From NCBI GenBank assembly GCA_964016885.1, contig OZ024743.1, positions 303,118,001 through 303,182,000 on the forward strand: a DNA stretch of 64,000 nucleotides. The letters run 5' to 3'. The DNA is from Eledone cirrhosa (lineage: Eukaryota). The notes beneath the pieces are model-generated. The model saw nothing but the letters and a program-made list of their open reading frames with translations. It ran no database searches and was not told the DNA's origin. Below, in pieces: positions 12,710-25,906 of this stretch. Every line of letters begins with the position of its first letter. The stretch's first letter is position 1. The translations under genes and the position numbers were made by a program.

Positions 12710-14104
12710 CCGTTTTATCCAATTCGACATCAAACATTACTACTCCTGCATCACTTTACCACTTCTCCTTAGAGCTATCAATTTCGCTAAAACACTCACA
12801 GTGGTTAAGGATTTCGAAGTTGATATCATCCTCAATGCCCGTAAGTCGGTGATTAATTTCGACGACTCTATTTGGATAAAAAAATCCAATAGTACCCCAT
12901 TCGACGTGAGTATAGGCGCCAGTGATTCTGCGGAGGTTACTGATCTTATCGGCTTTTTCCCTCTTTTCTCTATCAAGGACGAATTCCCCAACGCGGGCGA
13001 TGGTTTGTACCGTGATGATGGTCTTTTGACCATGACTAAGTGCGGACCTAGTGCTTGCGACAGGTTTAGAAAAGAACTCACAGCCTTCTTTAAAGGCTTC
13101 AACCTCTCTATACAGGTTGAGGCCAATCTCTCGGTCGTTAATTACCTCGCTATTACCCTCAATTTATTGAATGGGTTGTATTACCCGTATAGAAAGCTGA
13201 ATGATACGCTTAATTACATAAGTAAGCATTCCAACCATCCTGCCAGCATAACCAAGGACCTGGTAAGGAACGTTTCGTTGAGGCTTTCCCGTCTATCTAC
13301 TAACGAGCATATATTCAACGACCATTCCAAGTATTACAATGATGCTCTTGCTCGAAGTGGATTTGTCGATAACGTAGCATATACAGAGTACGTAAATACA
13401 CCTAGAAGAAATAGATCCCGTCGCATTTGTTGGTATAACCCACCATATAATATGGAGGTGGCCACACCATTAGCTAAGATCTTTTTTTTTCCCTTATTAC
13501 TAAGGATTTTCCCCCTACACATAAATATAGTAAAATGTTTAATATAAATACTATTAAAATGTCTTACTCTACGACTCCTAACATTGCACATAATATCACA
13601 GATTCAAATTTAGCTAAACTACCTAGCTGTAGGTACACGTGAAACCATGTAGTTAGTACTAACTGTAATTATAGGAATATTGTTGATTGCCCCCTATCCG
13701 GGAAATGCCTCTCTAGTAACACTGTCTACAAATGTAAGGTTGAAACACCCACGTCCCGTAGGGCCTACATAGGGTTAACCGCCAATAGATTCAAGCAGCG
13801 TGTTTACATTCATACCCATTCTTTTCGTTACCCTCTAAGACGGAATATGAGTTCACTTTCAGCTTATATCTGGAGTCTAAAAGACAACCACACCCAATAT
13901 AAGTTACACTGGGAGATCCTAGATAGGGCTAGATCGTATAACGGAAATAAAAGACCATGTGACCTCTGCGCAGCTGAGGCCCTGGAAATGCTCTACGCCA
14001 CAGACCACATCTTAAACAAAAAATCTGAGGCAATTTCGGCTTGTAAACATAAATTGCACAAAACTTTCCTGTATTACAGCCCCACGTTATACCCTAACGG
14101 ATAG
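12710..14104 (+). mobile_element. Penelope-like element (Naiad-type), RT + GIY-YIG endonuclease, 5'-truncated and disrupted
   Basis: FDVSIGASDSAEVTDLIG, GLYRDDGL, YISKHSNHP, WYNPPY, CN(Y)R..CPLSGKC..VYKC..YIGLT..FKQR, LSAYIWSLK, CDLCAAE, LNKKSE..SACKH. Confidence 0.85.
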
Positions 14105-14699
14105 TACGATATATACGTGGATAGTTTACGTCTTGATGTGGTAGCTAAGTATATGTTTTGTTTATACCATTACTTATTTGCATAGGTAAGTATATATTAC
14201 CTGGATGTTTTGTGAAGGTATGTATACCTTCTCGTACGTATATTTGATTGTATATGTTATGGCGTATAATTTCATATATTCTGGTACATATGGTTTGGTT
14301 ATGTGTATACGGGAGTTTTGCGCTGTGTGAGTATGCAGGTTCGTACGTATGTAGGGTGTGTGTATATGTGTACTTCATGTTTTGGTTGACTTACGTCTCC
14401 GAACATTTGTGTATTTATATGTAGGTATGTGTGTGCGCTTGTTATATACGTATTTATTTATTTATATACGTTTATTTAATTACTTATTTATTTGTATACA
14501 CTCATACACACACACACATATTTATATGTGCCTGGTTTTGTATACCTATGGTAAGTGTTTTCGCGTATACTTGTTTATGTACGTATTTGTATGCGTGTAT
14601 GTATTTATTTATTTAATTTCTATTACTTCTGGATTGTATTTATTTACTTTGTTCTTAACCCTGAAGAGAAGATTCATTCGGTCTCCTAGTTAGAATTTG

Positions 14700-14968
14700 A
14701 GTCTACAACTTCTGCTATACCATTTACGTGGTTTTGTCTTTGCGTGCAATTGTTCTCCACGATCCACATATGACGTATTATCTTCGTTATTTACGTTCAT
14801 TGCCAGAGAACGTCTCTATGAACCACCCCAGAGAACATTAGTCTACAACCTCTTTTATACCATAAATGTAGTTCTGTCTTTGCGCGTAATTGTTTTTCAC
14901 AGCTCCTATTAATGACGTATTATATTCGTTCTTTCCCGTTCTTTGCCAGGGAACGTTCCCACGAACCA
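14700..14968 (+). repeat. Diverged 140-bp tandem duplication downstream of the PLE
   Basis: GTCTACAAC..CTTTGCG..ATGACGTATTAT..TTGCCAG occurs at about 14701 and about 14841. Confidence 0.75.
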
Positions 14969-15046
14969 AAATATCGACTTCCTGTCTGCCTCCGGTTGCA
15001 ACGGTTTTTGAAATATCCACTTCTGCGTTTACAGATTGACTTTGTT

Positions 15047-15097
15047 AGTTTCAGATGATCCAGTTAAGGATGAAAGCAGCGATTCTTTGCTTAAACT
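15047..15097 (+). ncRNA. Degenerate type I hammerhead ribozyme
   Basis: AGTTT-CAGATGA-(TCC agttaa GGA T)-GAAA-GC..GC-TT-AAACT; one core mismatch. Confidence 0.45.
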
Positions 15098-15346
15098 TTA
15101 ATCTGTTATTTTAATATATATATATATAGAAATTACATGAATCAAAGTTCTGTTCAAATTATTTATTCGCTTACAATTGTTTCTTCCAAACCGAAGTTAT
15201 CCGCAAACAAAACACTATACACACACGCAAACGCATGCGCAAAGAAGACAAAATAAAATAAACAAACAAGCAAATAAATAACTAATTATATAGACAGACT
15301 GAATAAAAATGGCGTAGACATACAATACAACAGGAGGAAACGATAG

Positions 15347-15390
15347 CACCACTGATGATGTTGCAGATGTGCAACGAAATATTTATGATA
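15347..15390 (+). ncRNA. Hammerhead ribozyme-like motif with weak stem I
   Basis: CA-CTGATGA-T-GTTGCA gatg TGCAAC-GAAA-tatt-TA-TG. Confidence 0.5.
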
Positions 15391-15636
15391 AACTATATAT
15401 ATGTGATTGTATCTATATTGTATCTGTATTATTTTTGACCGTCGGTCAGTCAATGGCAACATCGAGGACCGAATAAGTTAGATTACCGATATAAAAGACA
15501 CAGAAGCGAGAAGCGAAAACCAACCAGACAGTGAGTGCGTTCTGTTATTAATTCTGGCAATATTACACAAATATGACCCTCCCCAAGTATAACAATATTT
15601 GTTTCGACACACGATTTCATATAAAAAACATCGCAA

Positions 15637-15747
<111 letters not shown>

Positions 15748-15816
15748 GTTATATATCCAGCTGCACGCACACACACACATATATTTATATATACATTTAT
15801 ATATATATATATATAA

Positions 15817-15854
<38 letters not shown>

Positions 15855-15860
<6 letters not shown>

Positions 15861-16627
15861 TGAAACAAAATGAAAACGAAATTTCATTTCTCACTCTTAG
15901 TATGGCACTTACTTAAATGTAAGTATGCATGTATACGTACATACATATATGTATACAGACGTACAGTAGCATGCACATATATATATATATATACATATAT
16001 ATATACATATGCATACAGGTACACATACATATATGCACGTATCAGTTTAGCGGCGCTAACGTCGCTTTGTTCGTTTGTAAACAAACTGAACAGCCTGAAT
16101 TTATGCCATACGGTGTTAAGGCAACCACGTCACCTTTTTGTTCAACACTGACACAGGAACGATGTACTAGTTTCAAGCTTGTTAGCTATCATCAGCACCG
16201 TTTACCCATCTGCCAGATAGTTGAACGTTCGAAAGTATATACTTTCCTTATGAAAATTAACGGCTGAGCAGCCTAATTTGCATATTGAGTGAGTTAAATC
16301 GGTCAGGCATACCGAAAACGATAAATTGAAACAAAATGAAAACGAAATTTCATTTCTCACTCTTAGTATGGCACTTACTTAGTACATCGTTCCTGTGTCA
16401 GTGTTGAACAAAAAGGTGACGTGGTTGCCTTAACACCGTATGGCATAAATTCAGGCTGTTCAGTTTGTTTACAAACGAACAAAGCGACGTTAGCGCCGCT
16501 AAACTGATACGTGCATATATGTATGTGTACCTGTATGCATATGTATATATATATGTATATATATATATATATGTGCATGCTACTGTACGTCTGTATACAT
16601 ATATGTATGTACGTATACATGCATACT

Positions 16628-16632
<5 letters not shown>
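15855..16632 (-). mobile_element. Non-coding HHR-bearing element (retrozyme / Penelope pLTR-like), 466-bp unit plus 253-bp inverted arm
   Basis: Direct repeat 15855-15915 = 16321-16381; inverted repeat 15917-16169 / 16380-16632; intact HHR inside; (TA)n on both flanks. Confidence 0.75.
16158..16202 (-). ncRNA. Minimal type I hammerhead ribozyme
   Basis: AACGGTG-CTGATGA-TAGC taacaa GCTT-GAAA-CTAG-TA-CATCGTT: intact core, 7-bp stem I, palindromic stem III (ACTAGT), GUA cleavage site. Confidence 0.85.
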
Positions 16633-16672
<40 letters not shown>

Positions 16673-16878
16673 TTATATATATACACATGCATACATTCAC
16701 CCACCCACACACACACGAACACACACACGAACACACACATACACGCACACACACACATATATATATCTATACATATATGTATATATTATATATATACATA
16801 CATCTATGTATTACATATATATATATACATACATATATAAATAATAGTAAAAGGACGAATTGTTATGCATTCATTAAG

Positions 16879-16919
16879 TTTATTGAGTAGTGACGCGCGT
16901 TTCGCTCTTGATCAGCTCA
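16879..16919 (-). ncRNA. Truncated hammerhead (3' part) followed by AATAAA
   Basis: TGA-GCT gatcaag AGC-GAAA-CGCGCG-TC-ACTAC..AATAAA; the 5' core is replaced by another repeat. Confidence 0.55.
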
Positions 16920-18238
16920 AGGTTCGATCTATATCGATCTGGTCCGACTCTGGAATCAAAAGCTCACCGGACCTCTGTTGTGGAAATGAGAGAATGAATA
17001 TATAAAGCATAGAGATGTTTGTAGCGGATCGCAGTCACATGGGGGTCAGTTCTTTTTATTTTGATTGGTGGCTATGAGAAATGTTTTAGGATGTGTGATA
17101 TATGGGGGGGGGTGAACATAATGATGAGATGGTGGATGGGAGCGATGGTTGATGTGAGTTGCGGGGAGACGTAGGGTTTTGGCTTATAGACATTGTGACG
17201 TGTATGCGGTGAGGCGAAGGTGTGCGTGTTCTAGGGTTATTCGTGCTGGAAGATGAAAGGGTGCGTGGTTGTAGTAAAGGGGGAGGAGGATGGGTCTGCT
17301 GGTCAGCGGTTTGCTGGAGTAAGAGAAAAGGAAAGAGGAGAAACATAAGGGAAGTAGGTTAGGTTAGGGTAGGGCATTGTTGTAACTATCTATATATATA
17401 TCCTTAAGTGTTATTATCACTATGAGGAATAAATGTACTATAATGAATTTAAAATTGCGGTTAGTGTTTGAAAAAACTGAAATAGAGAAATAAATGAAAA
17501 ATGAATTGGGTAGGTAGGGCAAAACACCGCTGCCGTGTGTATTGTGTGAAGAGGCTATCAGAAGAACATAAATATACATGGGTACACACGCATGCAGAAA
17601 CACCCACATATGCGCTCACATTCACAGATATGTCCATATAAATAAATATATGTATATTATTTTTGTTCCTCCTTTCGTGGATCGTAGTTGTCTCCCCTTC
17701 CCGCTTAGTGACGCTATAATACTTCCTCAGTCAAAAACTGCTGGAATTTCAAATTTGCCGGTCATTCGATGCGGGAAGTAGCAACTTAACAGGCACGATT
17801 TTTAACTGTGGTAAGAAATGTTTTTCTTATATCAAAGTTTAATGGGCTTCCACTGATGATTTATAAGGGCCCACCTAAATATATTCTTACATGAATATTA
17901 GGCTTCTACATGAACTGGAAATATTCTCCGAATTTGTAGAAAACTTATAATGAAACAATTGTTTGGAAAGAGAGATATATTTTAACTTTAATTATATCTC
18001 ATAAAATAATACAACTGGCTTTTCCACATAATACATATTGTTAGCACCCCAAACACTTAAATTGAGTTTATATTAAAATATAACCTAATGTTTGTTGAGT
18101 GAGATAGTTAGCAGTCAGAGATTAGCTTTAAACTATCTATGTTATTGTATTCATATATGTACACGTACATATCACCTGAGACGCGCAAAAATCTAAGATA
18201 CGCCGAGCGACATAGAAACGTAAATAAATGTACGGATG

Positions 18239-18402
<164 letters not shown>

Positions 18403-18643
18403 AGCTACATTGGTTAACTTGTACACCGGTACACGCACTCACACTCTCCACGTATATGTAGTTTCTGACGCATCACCGCGCGCACAGACGTACACATATC
18501 CGTATCACTGCATATATACACACTAACGAAATACGCGTGTTCATATATCCGGGGGTCCATACGACTATATCATTTTGCAGGGATGTACACATATATACAC
18601 ACATACACCCATATTCAATATATATATACACACGTATATATAC

Positions 18644-18745
<102 letters not shown>

Positions 18746-18753
18746 GAGATATA

Positions 18754-18953
18754 TATAACGAAGGAAATGTGGTAAGGAACCAGGTGGACCATACCGCACC
18801 AAAGTAATCAATACTTAGGGTAGTAGAGTGGGTAATAGGAACGTGTAGGACCCCGACGGCTGAGCTCAAGCCGTTTCGACGGCTAATTCTGGACTAGAAT
18901 TTCTAGAATTAGCCGTCGAAACGGCTTGAGCTCAGCCGTCGGGGTCATACTCG

Positions 18954-18956
<3 letters not shown>
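18754..18956 (-). mobile_element. Fold-back fragment of an HHR-bearing pLTR-like repeat in (TA)n
   Basis: 52-bp inverted arms 18839-18890 / 18905-18956, each carrying GAAAC-GGCT-loop-AGCC-GTC; same family as the modules at 57-64 kb. Confidence 0.7.
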
Positions 18957-19019
<63 letters not shown>

Positions 19020-19479
19020 AACACGTGTGGATGTGACTGCGCTAAAAGTGTGCCTAGACATCTATCGTATGGGGATTTCCTCTAGGGTAAAAAACATGTA
19101 ATATTAAATAACGGTGATGAAATTGGTGATGGAAATGGAAGCGATGATGTCAATTGTGATATTATGTGGGATGCTATTGGTTTGTGTGTGACCAACGGGT
19201 GTGCTGTAGGGGTTGATGTGTGTAGAAGTGGTGAATAGATGGTGATATGTTTAGTGGTGGGGGAGATGATAAATGATGCAATATGGTATTATCAAGAATA
19301 ATATTATCAATAATAACGGTGGTACTGAAAATAAAAATGGTAATGAGGACGATGCTAAGATTGATGGGATATAAATGATATTGGTAGTTATTATGATGTA
19401 TCTCATTTGTTCAGGTGATTACGTTTTGGTCTATCCGTGGTACCTGCCTGAATAGTGGAGAACGTATGTTTTCTGGTGG

Positions 19480-19860
19480 TTCTATAGTTTATGAGGATTT
19501 CCGATCTCATATTAATGGCAGATTTTAATTTAATGATATCGGCCGATTGCTCCAACCATATCCTGCAATGGCTTCATCGGGTGGAAAGTTGGGCCACACG
19601 TCTCCTTATGGAACATTTGATTTGGTATTTCAGGTTCCTATCCTTCAGGTCCCAGATCAAATCTGCCATTCTGGTTTGGGAACGTTTATGTCTGTGGTTG
19701 TACAGTCATTCTTTAAAGGTTGTTGAGGTTGTGCATATATATATATATTCCTTGCGCCCAGCCGTGACATCACACTGGTATACAATGTTCATGATGAGTC
19801 ACTCCCCGCTCAGTGGATATTCTTTCGGCTTTTTGGAGTTGCACCCGGGGGCTATTGCAT
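19480..19860 (-). mobile_element. Penelope-like (Naiad-type) GIY-YIG fragment, decayed
   Basis: PLSGE*LIMNIVYQCDV..YIYI.TTSTTFKE*LYNH..LIWDLKDRNLKYQIK aligns with the 13660-14000 region. Confidence 0.7.
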
Positions 19861-20777
19861 TATTGTTATGTATATCATATACAGACGCACACACACGTAG
19901 ATATATTTATATATATACCGTATTTGCGAGTGTGTATGACATAATGTGAGAGGTGAACTTTCTAGAAAAAATGAATGCTCTCCCATGTCTACATTATTTA
20001 TTAGAGAACAGTATATCAGGATATAACAATAATAATTGTTTCTACTTCTGCATCTACTCCGACGGGAATACTGGTAACTTTTATCCTTGAGGATTTGATA
20101 ATTATATATTACCCGTAGCGCACTGAGGTGGATTTAATCATCTTTCGCATCATTTCAATTTGTTGACCTCCTGCCATAAGTATATAAACAAAACATCATC
20201 AACAGCCACAATAACAACAGCAATATTAATGATTATAATAAAAAATAATAAGTATTAATAATAATAATAATAATAATAATTTCTACTTCAGGCATGAGGC
20301 CAGAAATTTGAATGGCAGGGGAAAGTCGATTAAATCGACCGCAAATGATAAGCAGCGAAATCCGATTCAGGACAACATAACCAGACATACAAAGGAAGGG
20401 AAATATGTGGAGCAAGATGTGTGTAAAAGAAACTGAAAAGAGGGAATTAGTCTTTACAGTATGGTAAAGATCGAAATAATCCGAGAATCACAAACAATAG
20501 ATTTCGCTACGGACGAAAGTAGTGAAACAGCAACAATTATAACAAAAAGGTTATAGGTTCCATACGCTGGTCATTTTTCCCTGTTTTATTGATAGCGCAC
20601 CGTATCTCTCTCTAGTGTGTTACCTTTTCAACGTGTATGGGTGTGTGGGTGTGTGTGTGGGTGTGTGTGTGTGGTGTGTGTGTGTGTGTGAGTGTGTGTG
20701 TGTGTGTGTGTGCGTGTGTGTGTGTGAGAGAGTGTGTGTGTAAGTTTGGTTAAACAAATGTGTGGCTTTATTTCCAA

Positions 20778-21399
20778 CTAGCAGTGGTACACCGTGTTGT
20801 ACAGGATAAGGTATTGCTGAACACTGGCCGCCCATAGACCTAATCGTGGAAAAACTGCATGCCTGGACAATATGTAAAGAAAATTAACCGAATACTCTGA
20901 TGGCTGAATAATCTTTAAGATTTTCCACGATGGAGCAGGAAAAATGTAGGTTTTCACCTAATGCGGGCCCTAGGGGATCAAGAAAATGAATTTTTTTTAT
21001 GTGCATAATATGCCTTGACATTTTCGTAAAATCAGTTAGACGTAACGCCTCAAAAGAGCCCTAAAAATCTGAAAACATGAAGTTTTTCACCTAATGCGCG
21101 CTCTAAGCCAAAAAAGTTGGATTTTCTTTGCTCACGGTATGAAAAAGTGACTGAATAATACATAGCTACAATTTCAAGAAAATCGGTCTGTCGTAACATC
21201 TCAAAAAACCCCTAAAAACCTGAAAAACGCAGTTTTTCACCTAATGTGGGCCGTTAGGGGATTAAAAAGTTGATTTCTCTTATGTGCTCCCTGAAAACAT
21301 AAGTAATACACATGTAAAGTTTTAAAAAGGTATTTTGGGTACTTCTCGAGTTTTGGGAATTCAAACTCAAAGACACACACACACACACACTCACACACA

Positions 21400-21466
<67 letters not shown>

Positions 21467-21487
21467 CCTCAGTTTTATATATATAGA
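20778..21487 (-). mobile_element. Non-autonomous Helitron
   Basis: On the minus strand it starts A|TC and ends CTAG|T, with a subterminal hairpin GTACA-acacgg-TGTAC; internal (CA)n and three TTTTCACCTAATG repeats. Confidence 0.7.
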
Positions 21488-22294
21488 TATTCGAATCAAT
21501 AGTGTTGTTCCTCACATATGGAGGGGTGCTGTGGATAAGGCGTATTTCATAATTTCACAAAGTCAAATATGTACACTCGATTAGCGTTGCTTCCAGCATT
21601 GCTTTCCCATCAAATATCCTAAAATCAACCTTGGATATTTTGCAAGCACCCCTAAAGCGGTTCGTCTTTGCTTGAAGTGATTTTCAAATTTCTAATGCAT
21701 TTGATTTTTCGCAGTCTATGTTCATACACGCTCAACACGTTACACAATTCCAACTGTATAATTTATGCGTATGTAATCACCCTAAGAATCTATCAATATA
21801 TCAATGTATTTGACAATTCCGTTTGTAATTTACAAAATGGCATTTTGTGCGGTTATTTTTACTGTCCTATTAATGCAGAATATAGAAAAAGAATATATTC
21901 CGCTATAACAACGCTGTCATTTTATTCAATGTTTCCAATGAAAACGTCTGATATCCATTCAAGCCTTAAATGAGATATATTATCTTGTTATATCTCAACC
22001 AAATTCGAAACTAATCTACTTATCGTTACTGTCATCAACTTTTAATGTCTACTGCAATACTTGACAGTACTAGTTTCCTGTTAAAACATTTTGGCTTTAC
22101 AATTACAGAAAACTATTCATTTTTTTAAAATCTAATTTACGTTTATAACATCATAAAAACAGCCAACAAAGCGTAAGCCACCGACAAGATCTATTTGAAC
22201 ATTTTCTATCATTCGTATCTTCGAAGTCTAGTTTTGTTTATCTTTATGTCTGTTCTCACACATTTCATTTATAGTTTGCTTTCTGTTTTACATT

Positions 22295-22560
22295 ATACGA
22301 CGGTCGGCTGAAAGATCCTATCCTGACTATGTTGGAGTGATATGTTATAGCTGTGAAATATTCCATGCATTAATTTCAACTCTTCTCATTAGTAACTGCA
22401 TTGTTTTTTTCCACATACTACGTTCATAAATAAATCTCATTTGGTCATTCCATGGGAATATCGGGGTGAGACTATGAACATAACAGTGTGACAAGAGTAT
22501 AATTTCTTCCAGTATCAGAATGATGACCAGTCTGGTGACTCTCATGATTTCTTTCACACT
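22295..22560. mobile_element. Mariner remnant (TIR-like end, 5'UTR, degraded HPPYSPD-like piece)
   Basis: TA-CGACGGTCGGCTGAAA end; CATTAATTTCAACTCTTCT shared with the region upstream of the mariner ORF at 42.46 kb. Confidence 0.45.
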
Positions 22561-23197
22561 TTGTCATATATACATACATACGAACATATATAGGCTTGTA
22601 CATACAATTCACCGAAATCTATTTATTATTAACGTGCTAAGCTCGAGGTTATATTTTCTGAAATATACAGAAAAAAAAATGCAAATGTGAAACCATAAAT
22701 ATATATATATATATATTTACACGAAGCCAAAAAAGAGGACGGAAATTGTTTTATATATACAGACGTTATATATTTTTGAATTTAGAATTCATAGCTTACA
22801 TTCAAATGAAATTTTAAGATAGTTTCATATTTATTAGTTGGCCTTTCGACCTAAATATTCTAACATCAGCATTTTCTAATGAATAAAAATATTTAAAACT
22901 GTATTTTCTACTGCTTGGGTTTTGACTCTCCGTCACTCTTAACGCCTTCCCCTATCTGCAAAACAACAAAGATTAATACTCCTGTACCTGGCCTAGCTGA
23001 AATTATATAGTTGAGGCATGCGCAGAAATACTAATGATAATGTTTTATATAATTACTAATGGTCTGAAAATGTTCGCGATTTTGAAGTAGATGAAACTAT
23101 ATATCACATGTTTATACTTTGTTACAATTAAGATGAAAACGCCATAGCAAATGATATTGCCACCAGTTATTGCAAAACATTATTTTATAGTCTCCTC

Positions 23198-23392
23198 GGG
23201 TGGTGGATTGGCAGTATCGGTAGAGGGTCGGACGCCATGCTTTGTAGCAAAGAGTTACGGCCCTTTATGGTCTGAGTTCAAATCCCGCTGAGGTTAACTT
23301 TGCCTTTCATCCTCACGTGGTTGATGAAATAAAGTACCAATAATGCACTGGGATAATTGCCCTGCCTAGTGCCAAAAGTAGAAATAATTATT
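23198..23392 (+). mobile_element. tRNA-derived SINE
   Basis: Full-length match to the main family. Confidence 0.85.
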
Positions 23393-23761
23393 TTATAGTC
23401 TCCTGACACAGGAAAAATATGTCAACCAGGCTATCCTTGAACTAAGTTCTGAATAGAGCATCATATGCTGACGATACCATGTATTTTACAGTACATGAAT
23501 GATATTAATTTTAAAGATTCATGTTATTAAAAACCAATAAACACAATGATAACTACACATATAAGTTCCAGAGTTAAACAAAAAAATATTGATCTGGTTA
23601 TAATATGCCTTAATTAATCACGCATACTTTAGGTTCATGTAACACTTCTCAATAATAAAGTCACGTTGAAATATTGAAATAATAAAAGGGTAATAGCAAC
23701 ACAATAACCTCGGTATCATTTTGTAAGCTCATAGTAACAATGGTAAACGCACGCTATAATA

Positions 23762-23915
23762 AGTGTTTATACTTTTGGCACAAGGCCGGTAATTATCTTA
23801 TCGATCCCGTAAAGAGGAAAGCAAAGCTAACCCAGGCAGGATTTGAAATCAGAACAACAATGGTCATAATTCTATGTTGCAAAGCGTACTCCACAGATAC
23901 CGCCAATTCACCGCC
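23762..23915 (-). mobile_element. Diverged SINE
   Basis: Reverse-complement similarity with an internal deletion. Confidence 0.6.
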
Positions 23916-24484
23916 CTTTATGAACGTTTACAAATCCATCTCATTTGAATATTATTTATCTATATGCTGGGAAATAATGGACATAATATATTAAGAAGGA
24001 GATTGTCGCTACCTACAGATAATCAGAATATGGCATTCCCTTTAAATATTATTGCTTATGTTTTTGGACGCTAATTTACAAAATATGAAGATCCATGGTT
24101 GAGATTATGTAATATTGTTTGTTTTAACTGTACTTTAGTGATTTAGACGTAGATTAATTCTTACCGATGATTATACTGGGTTGATAATTTATTTATTAGC
24201 GTATATAATTTCATCTGGCTAATCAACACTTTTGTATCATAAGGGATATACAGCTATATTTTAAACAATAATAATATATAATAAATTGAATTGCTTTTCT
24301 CTCATTGTAATATAATAAATGTTTAAGTATACATTAAATTTTAATAATATTTTCCATCTCAGGCGTACGAATAATTTAATACTTAATTTGAAGGCTAGCG
24401 TCATGAACATCACAAAAGTCATAATAGCAATTTTCGTAGGTCAAGACACCGATTTTAAATTAAATTGACTACAATCTATATATA

Positions 24485-24669
24485 ATTGTTTCTACTTTTG
24501 GCACAAAGGCAGCATTTTAACCAGTTCATTACTGGTACTTTATTTTATCGACCCTGTAAGGATGAAAGGCAAAGTTACCCTCAGCGGGATTTGAACTCAG
24601 AATGGCAAGGGCTGTAACTCTATGCGTCAAAACATGGCGTCCGACCCTCTACCGATACTACCAATCCAC
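24485..24669 (-). mobile_element. tRNA-derived SINE
   Basis: Reverse complement of the main family. Confidence 0.85.
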
Positions 24670-25016
24670 AAACAAGAGATGTTTGTTAGTTTGCGTCTTC
24701 GAGCATTTCACAAAAAAAAAAACTGACAATCGAAAAATAAGTACACTAATTGAATAATGGTATAATAAGGGCTTATTGATTCACATTGTATAAAATCAAA
24801 AATGAAGCAAAACATCCCGATTGAGTTTACCAAACCGACTGCTATTTCTAGCTGGTTAAGGGACAACCGTAATACATTTTCTATGCGCCTTCGTCGTCAG
24901 CGATGCCCGTGTTACGCGGAGAGCGTCTCTGTGGATTCGAAAGCTGGTCTACATATGCACACTCACTCATATTTAAACACACCCGCACCACACACGCATA
25001 CACACACACACATACA

Positions 25017-25062
<46 letters not shown>

Positions 25063-25224
25063 CACACACAACTTAATCTGTATAAAATAGAGATGATTTT
25101 GGCAGGCAGCGATTTCAGCGTCAAAAAAATATGCTAAATCAGATCAACCAATGCCTATTGGATACGTTCACATAGGTCTCCATTGAGAAGGTTTCTAAAG
25201 AATGATGAATATGTTAATTATGCT

Positions 25225-25510
25225 GCATATATCCTTAATAATCTGGAAATTTCTGGATTTCTTCCACACCAGGAGACGCTAAAGATTGGAACTCCCATCA
25301 TCCCCTTGAGAAACCAGGATCCACCACATCTTTGCAATGGCTAACACTAAACAGCTTGTGTATGATGAAAGATATCCAAGAGGTAACTATTCTTGGAGGC
25401 AATCATGAGGAAAAAAACGTATTCATTCCTCTCATCCCATCCTCTACCGAGCTGCCATCCAAATTGTCAAGACTTCAGTTCCCTGTTAGGCCCAGTTTTG
25501 CTATAAAAAA
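25225..25510 (+). mobile_element. Helitron PIF1-helicase C-terminal fragment
   Basis: LNNLEISGFLPHQETLKIGTPIIPLRNQDPPHLCNG, VFIPLIPSS.ELP..LSRLQFPVRPSFA. Confidence 0.75.
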
Positions 25511-25906
25511 ATATAGATTATTTATGGAATATCAATGTTTTAGGATTGCATATGAGAGAATTGGTTTTTACACATTGAGAATTATATTAGAAGGTGATCT
25601 CCGATTTACACTTAATATGTTACATGCTGAGTGCAGCATTGCTGGAAAATAAATCTGTGCTGCGAAACCTGAGACACTCGTACTCACAAGGAAGCCTGCA
25701 CAGTGCATTCTACATGTGAATGGAGTTCCATTGAAGTAGATAGAGATGTTGAGGTAAGTAGGAGTCTTGTTGAAGAAGGATGGATGAAACGAGACTGAAT
25801 CAAATGTAAGAATTGCAAAAGCATCGGTAACGTACTGGGGTAGATATAAGCAATCCCCACCCCAATTACTGGCCTTGTGGCTATATTAGAAATCATTATT
25901 ATTTAG

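Noticed and set aside
13640-13642. In-frame TGA in the Naiad-type ORF as possible selenocysteine
   Set aside because: It lies in a variable linker rather than at a conserved Cys, and the ORF is also frameshifted near 13480-13500; more likely decay
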